Assembly (NCBI GenBank): GCA_038321825.1
Contig: JBBQFK010000003.1
Location: forward strand, 1-55,289
Direction: 5' to 3'
Origin: Cyanophyceae cyanobacterium
GTDB lineage: Bacteria; Cyanobacteriota; Cyanobacteriia; Cyanobacteriales; JAAUUE01
DNA length: 55,289 nt
The notes under the pieces were generated by a model. It saw nothing but the letters and a program-made list of their open reading frames with translations, searched no databases and was not told where the DNA came from. Below, piece after piece: positions 10,815 to 20,653 of the stretch. The translations under genes were made by a program, and so were the position numbers. Every line of letters starts with the position of its first letter. Positions within the stretch are counted from its first letter, which is position 1.

Positions 10815-11585
10815 TTAAGTGTTGGGGAAAATCAACATAAATAAAATCATGGCAACGATCGCCCCAATCAAAGTATTAATAAAATTTACGATTTCATTAG
10901 TGAGCCACGGAAATTTTGTTTGCACTGTTGCTCCGATTACACTTTCAATATTAGTTGCCACAAAGGCTGCAATAATAGTGCAGAGGAATCCCCAGAGATT
11001 GATCATCCCTAACCCCAAGGCAACTCCTGCTAGAGCGATCGAGCCAATGATCCCGGCGATCGTCCCCTCCAAACTCACCGCCCCTTCCGTCCCCCTCGGT
11101 ACAGGTTTAAGAGTCGTAATTAAAAAAGTACTTTTCCCGTAGGCTTTGCCAATTTCACTAGCACAGGTATCAGATAATTTGGTGCTGAGACTTGCTACAT
11201 AACCCAGCACTAGCACTGGAATCAACTCAGTTTTTCCCCAGTACCCAGCCCCCAGCAACCCCAAGGCGCACAAAGTTCCAGTTAAAGCCGACCCCCAGAC
11301 ATTTTCTGGTCCCCTTGCTCCATCCCGTTTCTCAGCAATCCCTGCTGCTTGCTTTTCTGCCATGCCGACCCGGGTAATTGCTGAACCCACCAAAAAATAA
11401 AACATGACCACTGCATAGCCTTGCCAACCTAGGCAGCCCCAGATAATGACACCTAAGACCCAAGCATGGGCGGTTCCTGCCGGAGTTAGGAGCTTTTTTG
11501 GGGCAAGAGTAGCGGGAATTAATAAGATGGTATTCAGAGCAACAGCAATGAGCCAAGGATTGAGAGAAAAGATATTGGTGGGCAT
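10815..11585 (-). CDS. TIGR00297/DUF92 membrane protein (VTE6-like)
   Basis: Multi-TM; RGPENVWGS, KLSDTCASEIGKAYG, VPRGTEGAVSLEG. Confidence 0.85.
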   Translation of the reverse strand: MPTNIFSLNPWLIAVALNTILLIPATLAPKKLLTPAGTAHAWVLGVIIWGCLGWQGYAVVMFYFLVGSAITRVGMAEKQAAGIAEKRDGARGPENVWGSALTGTLCALGLLGAGYWGKTELIPVLVLGYVASLSTKLSDTCASEIGKAYGKSTFLITTLKPVPRGTEGAVSLEGTIAGIIGSIALAGVALGLGMINLWGFLCTIIAAFVATNIESVIGATVQTKFPWLTNEIVNFINTLIGAIVAMILFMLIFPNT

Positions 11586-11683
11586 GGGTAACTACGGCTA
11601 GGAATAATGCTTGACTTACTGAATTTTTGACAAAATTTCGACAAAATTATTAATATTATTATCAACACAATTATTAGATCATC

Positions 11684-12127
11684 GTGACTACAAATCCCCT
11701 TAATCCGGTTTTATTTCATCTCGCTATCCCGATCGCTGATATCGCCCAAGCAAAGGAGTTTTATCTCAACGGTTTGGGCTGTGAACTTGGCAGAGAGAGT
11801 CGTCTGGCTCTAATTCTCAATTTCTTTGGGCATCAAGTTGTCACTCATTTTACCCCAGCCCTACCCCCGCCCCAGAAGGGTATCTATCCCCGACACTTTG
11901 GCTTGATTTTCTCCACGCTGGAAGATTGGCAGAGTCTCCTGACAAGGGCAAAATCTCAGGGACTAAATTTCTATGAATCAGAAAAACTCCGCTTTCCCAA
12001 TCTGATCACAGAACACCGGACTTTTTTCTTAGCTGACCCTTTCCATAATTTAATTGAGTTTAAGTTTTATTCCCATCCCGAAGCAATTTTTGGCGGCAGG
12101 GAATTAGCTCAGGTGGGCGATCGCTAG
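11684..12127 (+). CDS. VOC/glyoxalase-family protein
   Basis: FHLAIP, RHFG, DPFHNLIEFK metal-ligand pattern. Confidence 0.85.
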   Translation: MTTNPLNPVLFHLAIPIADIAQAKEFYLNGLGCELGRESRLALILNFFGHQVVTHFTPALPPPQKGIYPRHFGLIFSTLEDWQSLLTRAKSQGLNFYESEKLRFPNLITEHRTFFLADPFHNLIEFKFYSHPEAIFGGRELAQVGDR

Positions 12128-12266
12128 AAATGGATTATATTTTTCCTATCCAATTTGAGCCTATTTTGCCCTAGGTCAGAACTTGTGATATGGGGTTGAA
12201 AGAATACCGAGTCTTTTTGTGGTTAAAATTAATCAGTTCACCTGCTTTTTAATTAGCCCATAGCTT

Positions 12267-13148
12267 ATGGATTTACTGCGATCGCTCCCCCTTGGACTTT
12301 ATCTAGAACAGCCCCTAACTTGGCTCCATCATATAGATTCCCGCATTAAGCTAATTTGGCTAATGAGCTTTTTGGCAGCTCCGATCCTCGCTGACCCCAT
12401 CTGGCGCTTAGGCCTGGTCGTGTTTCTAATCTTGATCACGATCACCGCCCAAATTCCCCTCCGAGTTTGGAAACAACAGATGGGATGGTTATTGCTAATT
12501 TCCTGCTTTGCTTTTTTGTTAGTTAGCATCTCTGCCGATGGTTTAGCTACCAGCCACCAGCCCCGGTTGCCAGAGTTGCCACTAGTCCTGCCCCAGCCCA
12601 CCGCCTACAAATACATCATTACCAAGGTCGGAGTCTTAACTATCACTCGCCGCTCTCTAGATCTAGCTATCCGGGTCAGCACTTTATTTTTCACCGTGGT
12701 CTATAGTACCAATTTATTTTTGTTGACTACGGCTCCGGAGGAAATTACCGCCGGAATTGAAGATATGCTGAAGCCCCTCCGCCGCTTCCATTTGCCTGTG
12801 ACGGAAATTGCCCTGACTTTAACTTTGTCCCTGCGGTTTATTCCCCTTGTCCTAGAAGAAGTTCAGAATCTGGTGCGCTCAGTCACCACACGGGCGATTA
12901 ATTGGAAAAAGTTGGGAGTGAAAAAGAGTTTACAAATTTGGCTCTTGGTGGCAGAAAGATTGCTAGAAAATCTATTGATGCGATCGGCCCAGATTGCTAG
13001 TGCGATGACTGTCCGGGGTTTCACTAGTCCAGACCAACACCAAATGCAGTGGCATCAACTTAAGCTCCGTCGGGGCGATTGGATCGCCGGAAGTTGTCTA
13101 TTGATATTTTGGGGGCTGCGGGTTTTGTATGGTAACTTTGCAATTTAG
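12267..13148 (+). CDS. ECF transporter transmembrane component T (CbiQ family)
   Basis: MDLLRSLPLGLYLE, LTTAPEEI, LSLRFIPLVLEE, AMTVRGF. Confidence 0.85.
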   Translation: MDLLRSLPLGLYLEQPLTWLHHIDSRIKLIWLMSFLAAPILADPIWRLGLVVFLILITITAQIPLRVWKQQMGWLLLISCFAFLLVSISADGLATSHQPRLPELPLVLPQPTAYKYIITKVGVLTITRRSLDLAIRVSTLFFTVVYSTNLFLLTTAPEEITAGIEDMLKPLRRFHLPVTEIALTLTLSLRFIPLVLEEVQNLVRSVTTRAINWKKLGVKKSLQIWLLVAERLLENLLMRSAQIASAMTVRGFTSPDQHQMQWHQLKLRRGDWIAGSCLLIFWGLRVLYGNFAI

Positions 13149-13246
13149 AGTTGCTATAAGTCGTTATTAAAGTTGCGATAAGTTTGTTATTGAATAAGTT
13201 GTTATTAAACTTTGGAATTTAACTTGAATCAGGAATGGTGTAATTA

Positions 13247-13780
13247 ATGATTGGTGAGGTGCAGGGCTTGATTAGTGTGATTATGGGCAGTGATTCTGAT
13301 TTGCCAACCATGGCGGGGGCGATCACTATCTGTGAGGAATTTGGGGTGATCCCAGCAGTAGCAATTATTTCTGCCCACCGGACTCCAGAAAGAATGGTAG
13401 ATTTTGCCCAGAATGCCCACTTGAAAGGGGTTAAGGTGATTATCGCCGGAGCAGGAGGGGCGGCCCATCTACCGGGCATGGTGGCAGCGTTGACTCCCTT
13501 GCCTGTGATTGGCGTTCCCGTGGCAAGTCGGCATTTACAGGGATTAGATTCTTTGTACTCGATCGTGCAGATGCCCGCCGGGATTCCTGTGGCAACGGTG
13601 GCGATCGGCAATGCTACCAATGCAGGTTTATTAGCTCTGCAAATTCTGGCAACCCACAATCCAGAACTCCTAATCAAAATTCAACAATACCGAAGCAATC
13701 TTAAACAAATAGTAGAAGAGAAGCAGCAAAACCTAGAAGCGATCGGCTATAAACAATACTTGAAAGACAGTGAACAGTGA
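13247..13780 (+). CDS. purE: N5-carboxyaminoimidazole ribonucleotide mutase
   Basis: [40 protein letters not shown]. Confidence 0.97.
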   Translation: MIGEVQGLISVIMGSDSDLPTMAGAITICEEFGVIPAVAIISAHRTPERMVDFAQNAHLKGVKVIIAGAGGAAHLPGMVAALTPLPVIGVPVASRHLQGLDSLYSIVQMPAGIPVATVAIGNATNAGLLALQILATHNPELLIKIQQYRSNLKQIVEEKQQNLEAIGYKQYLKDSEQ

Positions 13781-13812
13781 ACAGTTATCAGTTATCAGTG
13801 AACAGTTACCAG
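13768..13812 (+). repeat. STRR-type heptamer tandem repeat (CAGT[G/T]AN x6)
   Basis: cagtgaa cagtgaa cagttat cagttat cagtgaa cagttac; overlaps the purE stop. Confidence 0.9.
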
Positions 13813-14007
13813 AATTTACTTTTGTAGTAGTGGCTTTAGCCGCCTTAGATAACTTTCCTAGATAATTGCCTTAGAGTAAGTGAAGCAATAAAACTAGATT
13901 TGGTATTGCCTAATTGATTTGTATTAAATGGTCGATCACAATCCATAACCATTTCAGACAGAACAAACGGGAAAAACAAAATAGTGAACAAATTACCCCA
14001 TCAACAG

Positions 14008-14049
14008 ATAACTGATAACTGCTCACTGATAACTGCTCACTGATAACTG
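14008..14049 (-). repeat. STRR-type heptamer tandem repeat, inverted partner of 13768-13812
   Basis: ataactg ataactg ctcactg ataactg ctcactg ataactg, the reverse complement of CAGTTAT/CAGTGAG units. Confidence 0.9.
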
Positions 14050-14053
14050 TTTT

Positions 14054-14191
14054 CTACCGGAATCCGATCGAGGCTTGCCAAACAAAGGCTAATAGTAAGA
14101 AAAATACGGGAATAACTGGTAGCACATCTACCAGGGGGCTAAAGGCGGAGTAGGCTTCGGGCAATTTGGCTAAGAGGAGGGCTGCTTCCAT
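14054..14191 (-). CDS. psbK: Photosystem II reaction center protein K
   Basis: Not in the ORF track. Manual translation: [45 protein letters not shown]. Confidence 0.97.
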   Translation of the reverse strand: MEAALLLAKLPEAYSAFSPLVDVLPVIPVFFLLLAFVWQASIGFR

Positions 14192-14367
14192 GAGTTTATG
14201 TACCTTTTACAATAAAGTTTTTAAAGTTTTTTACGAATTTTGCCACATTTTACCATAATGAGTCATCTCTCAGAAACCATGCCCTTAGATTAAATTTGTG
14301 CAAATTGTGGGATAATTCTTAACAGAGTTTTTAAGATTGATTTCTAAATATTATTCTGTATGCATAT

Positions 14368-14775
14368 ATGAATGATCACGTCAGCGACCAGAATCAAGAC
14401 CCATCAGGGGACTCAGTAATTGAGCAGGAGACAAGTCAAGAAGTTACTGACAAGACAACAGAATTACCCCTAGACCGTCATGAGTGTCGATCGTGTGGCT
14501 ATACCTACGAACCTCTAAAGGGCGATAGTGCAGGAAAGATTCCAGCGATGACTCGGTTTGAAGAACTGCCCCCTAGTTGGCGGTGTCCTGTTTGTGGGGC
14601 AAAGCCAGCCCTGTTCCAGAATGTCGGGGAATTGGGTAAAGCCTCTGGTTTTACAGAGAACCTTGATTATGGCTTGGGTGTAAACCGCATGACCCCCGGA
14701 CAGAAGAACCTCTTGATCTTTGGCTTCCTCGCTCTCGGTATTGTCTTTTTCCTCAGTCTCTACGGACTGCGCTGA
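14368..14775 (+). CDS. rubA: Membrane-anchored rubredoxin
   Basis: CRSCGY and WRCPVCG motifs, C-terminal TM helix; conserved position upstream of ycf48-psbEFLJ. Confidence 0.95.
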   Translation: MNDHVSDQNQDPSGDSVIEQETSQEVTDKTTELPLDRHECRSCGYTYEPLKGDSAGKIPAMTRFEELPPSWRCPVCGAKPALFQNVGELGKASGFTENLDYGLGVNRMTPGQKNLLIFGFLALGIVFFLSLYGLR

Positions 14776-14862
14776 TTAATCAATAGTCAATTAATACTAA
14801 ACTTTCTAAATCAAATAAAAAATCTAGATAAAATACGCAAGTATAAAAACGTAATTATAATA

Positions 14863-15879
14863 ATGAGAAATTTATTAAAGAATTTAAAGCGGGGGTTAGT
14901 ACTAGGGGCGATCGCTTGCCTCTGTTATAGCTGTGGGTTTACAGCCAACCTTGGTTATAACCCTTGGCAACAGGTTCCCCTGCCGACAGAATCCACCCTC
15001 CAAGATGTGGCTTTTAGCTCTGATCTCAAGCATGGTTGGCTTGTGGGTAGTGATTCGACTCTCTTGGAAACCACTGATGGTGGCAACAGTTGGCAAAGCC
15101 GGGAACTCCCCCTCGGAGAACAAAAGTATCGCCTCAATTCCGTTAGCTTCCAAGGGCAGGAAGGCTGGATTTCTGGAGAGCCAGCGATTCTTCTCCACTC
15201 GATCGATGACGGGAAAACTTGGTCACGAGTCCCTCTCAGCGAAAAACTTCCGGGAGAGCCAACCCTAGTCAAAGCTCTTGGGGCAAAATCCGCAGAAATG
15301 GCAACCAACGTCGGGGCAATCTACCGCACTGAGGATAACGGCAATCACTGGAAAGCCATGGTACAGGAAGCTGTGGGCGTAGTCCGAAATCTCTACCGGA
15401 GCGAAGACGGGCGCTATGTAGCAGTTTCTTCTAGGGGAACTTTCTACTCCACTTGGGAGCCGGGGGAATCTGCTTGGACACAACATCTCCGGGACAGTTC
15501 TCAACGCTTGCAAAATATGGGCTATGGTAAAGATGGTCGGCTCTGGTCTCTCGCCCGGGGCGGTAAGATTGAATTTAGCCATCTTGATGATCTAGAAGCT
15601 TTTGATGAGCCGATTTATCCAGAATTTGCTACCAACTGGGGCTTATTAGACATGGCTTATCGGACACCGAAGGAGATTTGGTTATCTGGGGGCAGTGGTA
15701 ATCTATTGTGTAGTCTCGATGGTGGCAAAACTTGGATGAAGGATCGAGAAATTGAGAATGTGCCTTCTAATCTTTATCGAATTGTCTTTTTCTCGCCAAA
15801 GCAAGGGTTTATCCTTGGGCAGAAAGGAGTATTATTAAAATACACTCAGCCCATAGAAACAGCCTTAGTTAGTAATTAA
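14863..15879 (+). CDS. ycf48: Photosystem II assembly factor Ycf48/Hcf136
   Basis: BNR/Asp-box repeats (TDGGNSW, DDGKTW, LDGGKTW), VAVSSRG.FY.TW.PG; gene context. Confidence 0.95.
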   Translation: MRNLLKNLKRGLVLGAIACLCYSCGFTANLGYNPWQQVPLPTESTLQDVAFSSDLKHGWLVGSDSTLLETTDGGNSWQSRELPLGEQKYRLNSVSFQGQEGWISGEPAILLHSIDDGKTWSRVPLSEKLPGEPTLVKALGAKSAEMATNVGAIYRTEDNGNHWKAMVQEAVGVVRNLYRSEDGRYVAVSSRGTFYSTWEPGESAWTQHLRDSSQRLQNMGYGKDGRLWSLARGGKIEFSHLDDLEAFDEPIYPEFATNWGLLDMAYRTPKEIWLSGGSGNLLCSLDGGKTWMKDREIENVPSNLYRIVFFSPKQGFILGQKGVLLKYTQPIETALVSN

Positions 15880-15908
15880 CTTAGTAATTAACTTAGTAAT
15901 TAACTTAG
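15869..15908 (+). repeat. 12-bp tandem repeat x3.3 spanning the ycf48 stop
   Basis: TTAGTAATTAAC x3 plus TTAG. Confidence 0.9.
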
Positions 15909-16056
15909 GGAGTTAGTTCTTCATTAGTTATTGGTTAGTTCAGGAGCTAGTTAATAATTAATAACTAAAGTTAACTCCTAGCAACTTTGGGTAAAGATAG
16001 GCCTAAATCAAGTTATGATATTTAATAGAATTTGTTATTAGCAGGAGGCAGAATTA

Positions 16057-16305
16057 ATGGCAGGTACTACAGGTGAACGTCCGTTCTCAGATATTATTAC
16101 CAGTGTGCGTTATTGGGTAATTCATAGCATTACCATCCCTGCTTTGTTTATTGCTGGCTGGTTATTTGTTAGCACCGGATTGGCTTATGATGCCTTTGGA
16201 ACTCCCCGTCCTAATGAATATTTCACCCAACAAAGACAAGAAGTGCCGATCGTCTCTGATCGCTTTACAGGTAAGACCCAAATTGATGAATTTATTAACA
16301 AGTAA
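16057..16305 (+). CDS. psbE: Cytochrome b559 alpha subunit
   Basis: [26 protein letters not shown]. Confidence 0.99.
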   Translation: MAGTTGERPFSDIITSVRYWVIHSITIPALFIAGWLFVSTGLAYDAFGTPRPNEYFTQQRQEVPIVSDRFTGKTQIDEFINK

Positions 16306-16331
16306 ATTTAACTAATCCACAGGTAGAAATC

Positions 16332-16466
16332 ATGACTAGCAAAACTCCTAATGAACCAGTTACTTACCCAATTTTTACAGTACGCTGGTTAGCAGTTCAC
16401 ACCTTGGGTGTACCAACGGTATTCTTTTTAGGTGCGATCGCAGCAATGCAATTTATTCAAAGATAA
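16332..16466 (+). CDS. psbF: Cytochrome b559 beta subunit
   Basis: Manual translation: [44 protein letters not shown]. Confidence 0.98.
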   Translation: MTSKTPNEPVTYPIFTVRWLAVHTLGVPTVFFLGAIAAMQFIQR

Positions 16467-16478
16467 GGGAGAAAAATT

Positions 16479-16601
16479 ATGGCAGATCGTCCTCGGAACC
16501 CCAATGCTCAACCCGTAGAACTCAATCGGACTTCCCTTTACCTAGGGTTGTTATTAGTATTTGTGTTGGGTATTCTTTTTTCTAGCTATTTCTTTAACTA
16601 A
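16479..16601 (+). CDS. psbL: Photosystem II protein L
   Basis: Manual translation: [40 protein letters not shown]. Confidence 0.98.
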   Translation: MADRPRNPNAQPVELNRTSLYLGLLLVFVLGILFSSYFFN

Positions 16602-16703
16602 TTAATCTCAATTAATTAACTCTGACTATACTAACTCTGGTGTAATTCTGGTTGGTCAAAGCCCATAACATAATAATTTTGGAATAATTTTGGAGGTCAA
16701 ATC

Positions 16704-16823
16704 ATGTTTGCCAATGGGAGAATCCCTCTATGGCTAGTGGCGACTGTCGCTGGCTTGGGTGTAATTTCAGTGCTTGGGCTATTTTTCTATGGTGCTTATG
16801 CGGGCTTGGGTTCTTCTATTTAA
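16704..16823 (+). CDS. psbJ: Photosystem II protein J
   Basis: Manual translation: [39 protein letters not shown]; RBS GGAGG. Confidence 0.98.
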   Translation: MFANGRIPLWLVATVAGLGVISVLGLFFYGAYAGLGSSI

Positions 16824-16935
16824 TAGTCGCCATTTACTAGTAACTAGATAGTAACTATTTAATAGTTTTTTCTAAACATTTTTTGTTGATTAGCCCTGTT
16901 CAATAGGTCTATTAATTTAGATGACCAAGTTAATA

Positions 16936-17025
16936 TATCAAATCCGGTTATAAGGTAGGGGCGTAAGGCTTGCGCCCAAAAGATTTAAACATAAATCAAT
17001 TAGTCTAAATAAAACGGATTTGGTA
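16936..17025. repeat. 90-bp inverted-repeat-bounded element containing a GTAG-type REP-like hairpin
   Basis: TATCAAATCCG (16936-46) / CGGATTTGGTA (17015-25) inverted repeat with 1 mismatch; internal GTAG-GGGCGTAAGG/CTTGCGCCC palindrome at 16955-16977. Confidence 0.6.
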
Positions 17026-17172
17026 ATATTTGTAAATATTTGCCCACCAGAGAATATATAAGAATAATTCTCAAAATAAATCCACAATCATTTTCTACTC
17101 AGTAGTCAACGGTTGTGGATAATTTTTTGGGGATAGCTGTAGAAGTATGGGTTTGCTAGCCAAGTTTAGGGG

Positions 17173-18810
17173 TTAAATTTTGCAGCTTAGGTCGCCAGAT
17201 TTTTGGGTGAGACGGAGATTTTCGGCGTAGTCGACCGGGCAGTCGATGACAGAGGGGACATTCTGAGCAAGGGCAGTTTTTAGGGTGGGGATGAGGTCAG
17301 CCGTCGAGGTGATCCGGTAGCCTTTTAAGCCCATACTTTCGGCGAATTTCACAAAATCTGGATTGCCAAAATGGACAAAGGCAGAGGAGCCGAACTGGTT
17401 TTTCTGTTTCCATTCAATTAAGCCATAGCCGCCATCATTGAAAATCAGGGTAACAAAGGGAGTTCCTATCCGTAGAGCCGTTTCTAGTTCCTGACAGTTC
17501 ATCATAAAACCACCATCTCCCACTACAGCGACGACATTGCGATCGGGATGCACTAGTTTTGCGGCTACCGCCCCCGGCATGGCGATCCCCATAGCCGCGA
17601 AACCATTGGAAATTAGGCAGGTATTGGGTCGATCGCAGTGGTAATGCCGAGCCATCCACATTTTGTGCGCTCCCACATCAGAGATGACAATATCTTCAGC
17701 CCCCAAGACTTGGCGGAGGTCATAAATTAGCTTTTGGGGTTTAATGGGGAAGCCCGTATCCTTGGCGTATTCTTCGTAGTCAGCCCGGATATCTGTCTTG
17801 AGTTCGATTGATCGAGGACTAGCCAGACCCTGACGATTTGCTCTTTTCAGAATTTCTTGGAGAGAATCCGTAATTTCTCCTACCACTTCCACCACAGGAA
17901 TGTAGCTACTATCAATCTCAGCAGGGGTTGCGCCGATATGAATTATGGGGATTTTCCCTTGGGGATTCCATTTTTTGGGGGAATACTCAATCAGGTCGTA
18001 GCCGATGGCGACAATTAGATCAGCCTCCTCAAAGGCACAGGTAATAAAATCACGCTGCTGCATCCCGATCGACCACAGAGCCAAGGGGTGAGTGTAGGGC
18101 AATACGCCCTTACCCATGAAACTATTCACCACTGGAATCTGCATCTGAGTAGCAAACTCTATCACCGCCTCACTAGCCCGGTCACGAATTGCTCCATTAC
18201 CGACAAAAATCAAGGGATTCTTTGCTTGAGAAATTTTAGTAGCCGCCTCTTCAATACTCTGAAAAGAAGCGTACACCTTCGATTGGTTGTTTTTATAGAG
18301 GGGTTCCCCGATCGCTGCCATTGCGGCAATATTTTCTGGCAGGTCAATGTGAACAGCACCGGGTTTTTCTGACTGGGCAATCTTAAAGGCTTTGCGGACA
18401 ATTTCGGGCGTGTTGCTGGGGCGGACAATCTGAGCATTCCACTTAGTAACGGGGGCAAACATGGCAACGAGATCAAGGTATTGATGGGATTCGATATGCA
18501 TTCGATCGGTTCCCACCTGTCCCGTAATGGCAACCAGAGGCGCACCATCCAGATTTGCATCCGCCACTCCTGTCATTAGGTTCGTTGCCCCCGGGCCCAA
18601 GGTAGAGAGACAAACCCCGGCTTTCCCCGTGAGGCGACCGTAGACATCTGCCATAAAAGCAGCGCCCTGTTCATGGCGGGTTGTCACAAATTGAATCGTA
18701 GAATTTTTCAGGGCTTCAAGAATATGCAGGTTTTCTTCTCCCGGCAATCCAAAAATATACTCTACGCCTTCATTTTCCAAGCATTTAATCAGTAGTTCAG
18801 CAGTGTTCAT
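17173..18810 (-). CDS. ogdA: TPP-dependent acetolactate synthase-like enzyme, probably 2-oxoglutarate decarboxylase
   Basis: GLPGEEN, RHEQGAAFMAD and the TPP motif GDGGFMM...FND. It lies directly downstream of SSADH, the arrangement known for the cyanobacterial TCA bypass. Confidence 0.8.
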   Translation of the reverse strand: MNTAELLIKCLENEGVEYIFGLPGEENLHILEALKNSTIQFVTTRHEQGAAFMADVYGRLTGKAGVCLSTLGPGATNLMTGVADANLDGAPLVAITGQVGTDRMHIESHQYLDLVAMFAPVTKWNAQIVRPSNTPEIVRKAFKIAQSEKPGAVHIDLPENIAAMAAIGEPLYKNNQSKVYASFQSIEEAATKISQAKNPLIFVGNGAIRDRASEAVIEFATQMQIPVVNSFMGKGVLPYTHPLALWSIGMQQRDFITCAFEEADLIVAIGYDLIEYSPKKWNPQGKIPIIHIGATPAEIDSSYIPVVEVVGEITDSLQEILKRANRQGLASPRSIELKTDIRADYEEYAKDTGFPIKPQKLIYDLRQVLGAEDIVISDVGAHKMWMARHYHCDRPNTCLISNGFAAMGIAMPGAVAAKLVHPDRNVVAVVGDGGFMMNCQELETALRIGTPFVTLIFNDGGYGLIEWKQKNQFGSSAFVHFGNPDFVKFAESMGLKGYRITSTADLIPTLKTALAQNVPSVIDCPVDYAENLRLTQKSGDLSCKI

Positions 18811-18814
18811 AGTT

Positions 18815-18981
18815 CAGTTACCAGTTAACAGTTAACAGTTATCAGTGGGTAGTAAGTAGTTATTAGTTATTAGTTATTCAGTAGATTGTGGGTAGTGGAT
18901 AGCAAGTATTTATTAGTTAGGAAAGACCAATCAAGATTTTTCACTGTTAACTATTCACTGCTCACTATTAACTATTCACTG
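18815..18981. repeat. Inverted pair of STRR heptamer arrays in the gabD-ogdA spacer
   Basis: cagttac cagttaa cagttaa cagttat...tagttat (18815-18877) and ttcactg ttaacta ttcactg ctcacta ttaacta ttcactg (18940-18981). Confidence 0.85.
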
Positions 18982-20373
18982 TCATTCCACCCATACGGTT
19001 TTAATGTTGGCAAATTCTAATAAGCCGTGATGACTCAACTCCCTGCCGTAGCCAGAGGATTTAATTCCCCCAAAGGGCAAGCGGGGATCGGATTTGACGA
19101 TCGAGTTAATAAAGACACTTCCGGCTTCTATTTCATTGATCAAGAGCTTTTGTTCCCCAGCATCCTGAGTCCAAGCACTAGCTCCTAAGCCAAAGTTGGT
19201 ACTATTTGCGAGTTCGATCGCTGCTTCTAGATCAGGCACTTGAAACACTAAAGCCACAGGCCCAAAAAATTCCTCTTGGTATGCCGGACAGCCCGGTGGT
19301 AAGTCGGTGAGGATAGTAGGCGGGTAAAAATTTCCCGTTGGCGTAGCCTTTCCCTTGGAAAATCGATCTCTGGCTAATTTACCGCCGACGAGAGCTGTTG
19401 CCCCCATGGCCACGCATTTTTGGACTAAGGTATCTAACTCTTTGACAATGCTCGGTGTTGCTAGGGGGCCGACATCGGTGCTGTCTAGCAGAGGATCCCC
19501 CATTTGCAGGGCTTGGAATTTCGCCACAAATTTCTCTAGGAAAGGCGCAGCGATCGACCCCACCAAAATAAAGCGCTTGGCAGCAATACAAGATTGCCCG
19601 TTACTAATCAATCTGGCAGTCACTGCTCCATCCACGGCTGCCTCTAGGTCGGCACTAGGCAGGACAATAAAAGGATCACTACCTCCTAATTCCAAGACAG
19701 TTTTCTTGAGGTTTTTTCCGGCGGCGGCAGCAAGGGCGGCTCCGGCGGGTTCACTGCCTGTTAACGTTGCTCCTTTGATGCGGGGATCATCCACGAGGGG
19801 GAGAACTTGGGAACCCTCTACCAACAGGGTTTGGAATACTCCATCTGGAAATCCTGCCCGTTCCATAATCTCTTGAATTGCCAAGGCACACTGGGGAACG
19901 TTGGAGGCGTGTTTGAGTAGACCCACGTTGCCGACCATAACCGTTGGGGCAGCAAAGCGAAACACTTGCCAAAAGGGGAAGTTCCAAGGCATGACGGCGA
20001 GAATTACCCCTAGGGGCTGGTAACGCAGAAAGCTAGACTGGGCCTTGGTGGCAATCGAGGTATCAGCGAGGAATTTGGCTCCATGCTCGGCATAGTAACG
20101 ACAGACCAAAGCCGATTTTTCTACTTCGGCGATCGCACTTTTCAGGGTTTTGCCCATTTCTAGGGTGATTAATTTCCCCCAGTGAATCTTTTCGTCCTCA
20201 AGGATCTGAGCAGTCTTGTGCAACCAAGTCGATCGTTGGGTCAAATCAGTCCAGCGATATTGCTGAAATGCTGTGTGCGATCGATCTAAAAGACCCTGAA
20301 CCATTTCCTCGCTCATGGGGCTAAAAGTCTGCAATACTTCTCCAGTAGCAGGATTAACTGTGGCGATCGCCAT
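18982..20373 (-). CDS. gabD: NAD(P)-dependent succinate-semialdehyde dehydrogenase
   Basis: MPWNFPFWQVFRF, LKHASN, LTGSE, LELGGSD, GQSCIAAKR, EEFFGPV. Confidence 0.9.
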   Translation of the reverse strand: MAIATVNPATGEVLQTFSPMSEEMVQGLLDRSHTAFQQYRWTDLTQRSTWLHKTAQILEDEKIHWGKLITLEMGKTLKSAIAEVEKSALVCRYYAEHGAKFLADTSIATKAQSSFLRYQPLGVILAVMPWNFPFWQVFRFAAPTVMVGNVGLLKHASNVPQCALAIQEIMERAGFPDGVFQTLLVEGSQVLPLVDDPRIKGATLTGSEPAGAALAAAAGKNLKKTVLELGGSDPFIVLPSADLEAAVDGAVTARLISNGQSCIAAKRFILVGSIAAPFLEKFVAKFQALQMGDPLLDSTDVGPLATPSIVKELDTLVQKCVAMGATALVGGKLARDRFSKGKATPTGNFYPPTILTDLPPGCPAYQEEFFGPVALVFQVPDLEAAIELANSTNFGLGASAWTQDAGEQKLLINEIEAGSVFINSIVKSDPRLPFGGIKSSGYGRELSHHGLLEFANIKTVWVE

Positions 20374-20653
20374 ATTTTTACCTCTACTTTATATTTGATT
20401 TAATTTAATTTGATTTAATCTATATCTAGTTCAGCTAATTTACTTAAGCTCTGCAAACTAAATATTTTTCGCAAAGAACACACATTCCACAAGTTTGTAG
20501 CCAGATATATTAAATCTAGGACTAACTTTATTTTAACTGACTTTGGAGTTGTCACTGGATAAACTGTAGTTTTTGATACAGCTTAATTTTCCGCAATATA
20601 AGTTAACTTGAGAAATTAACTTGAGAAATTAACTTAGGACAGGTTAAGAGCTA

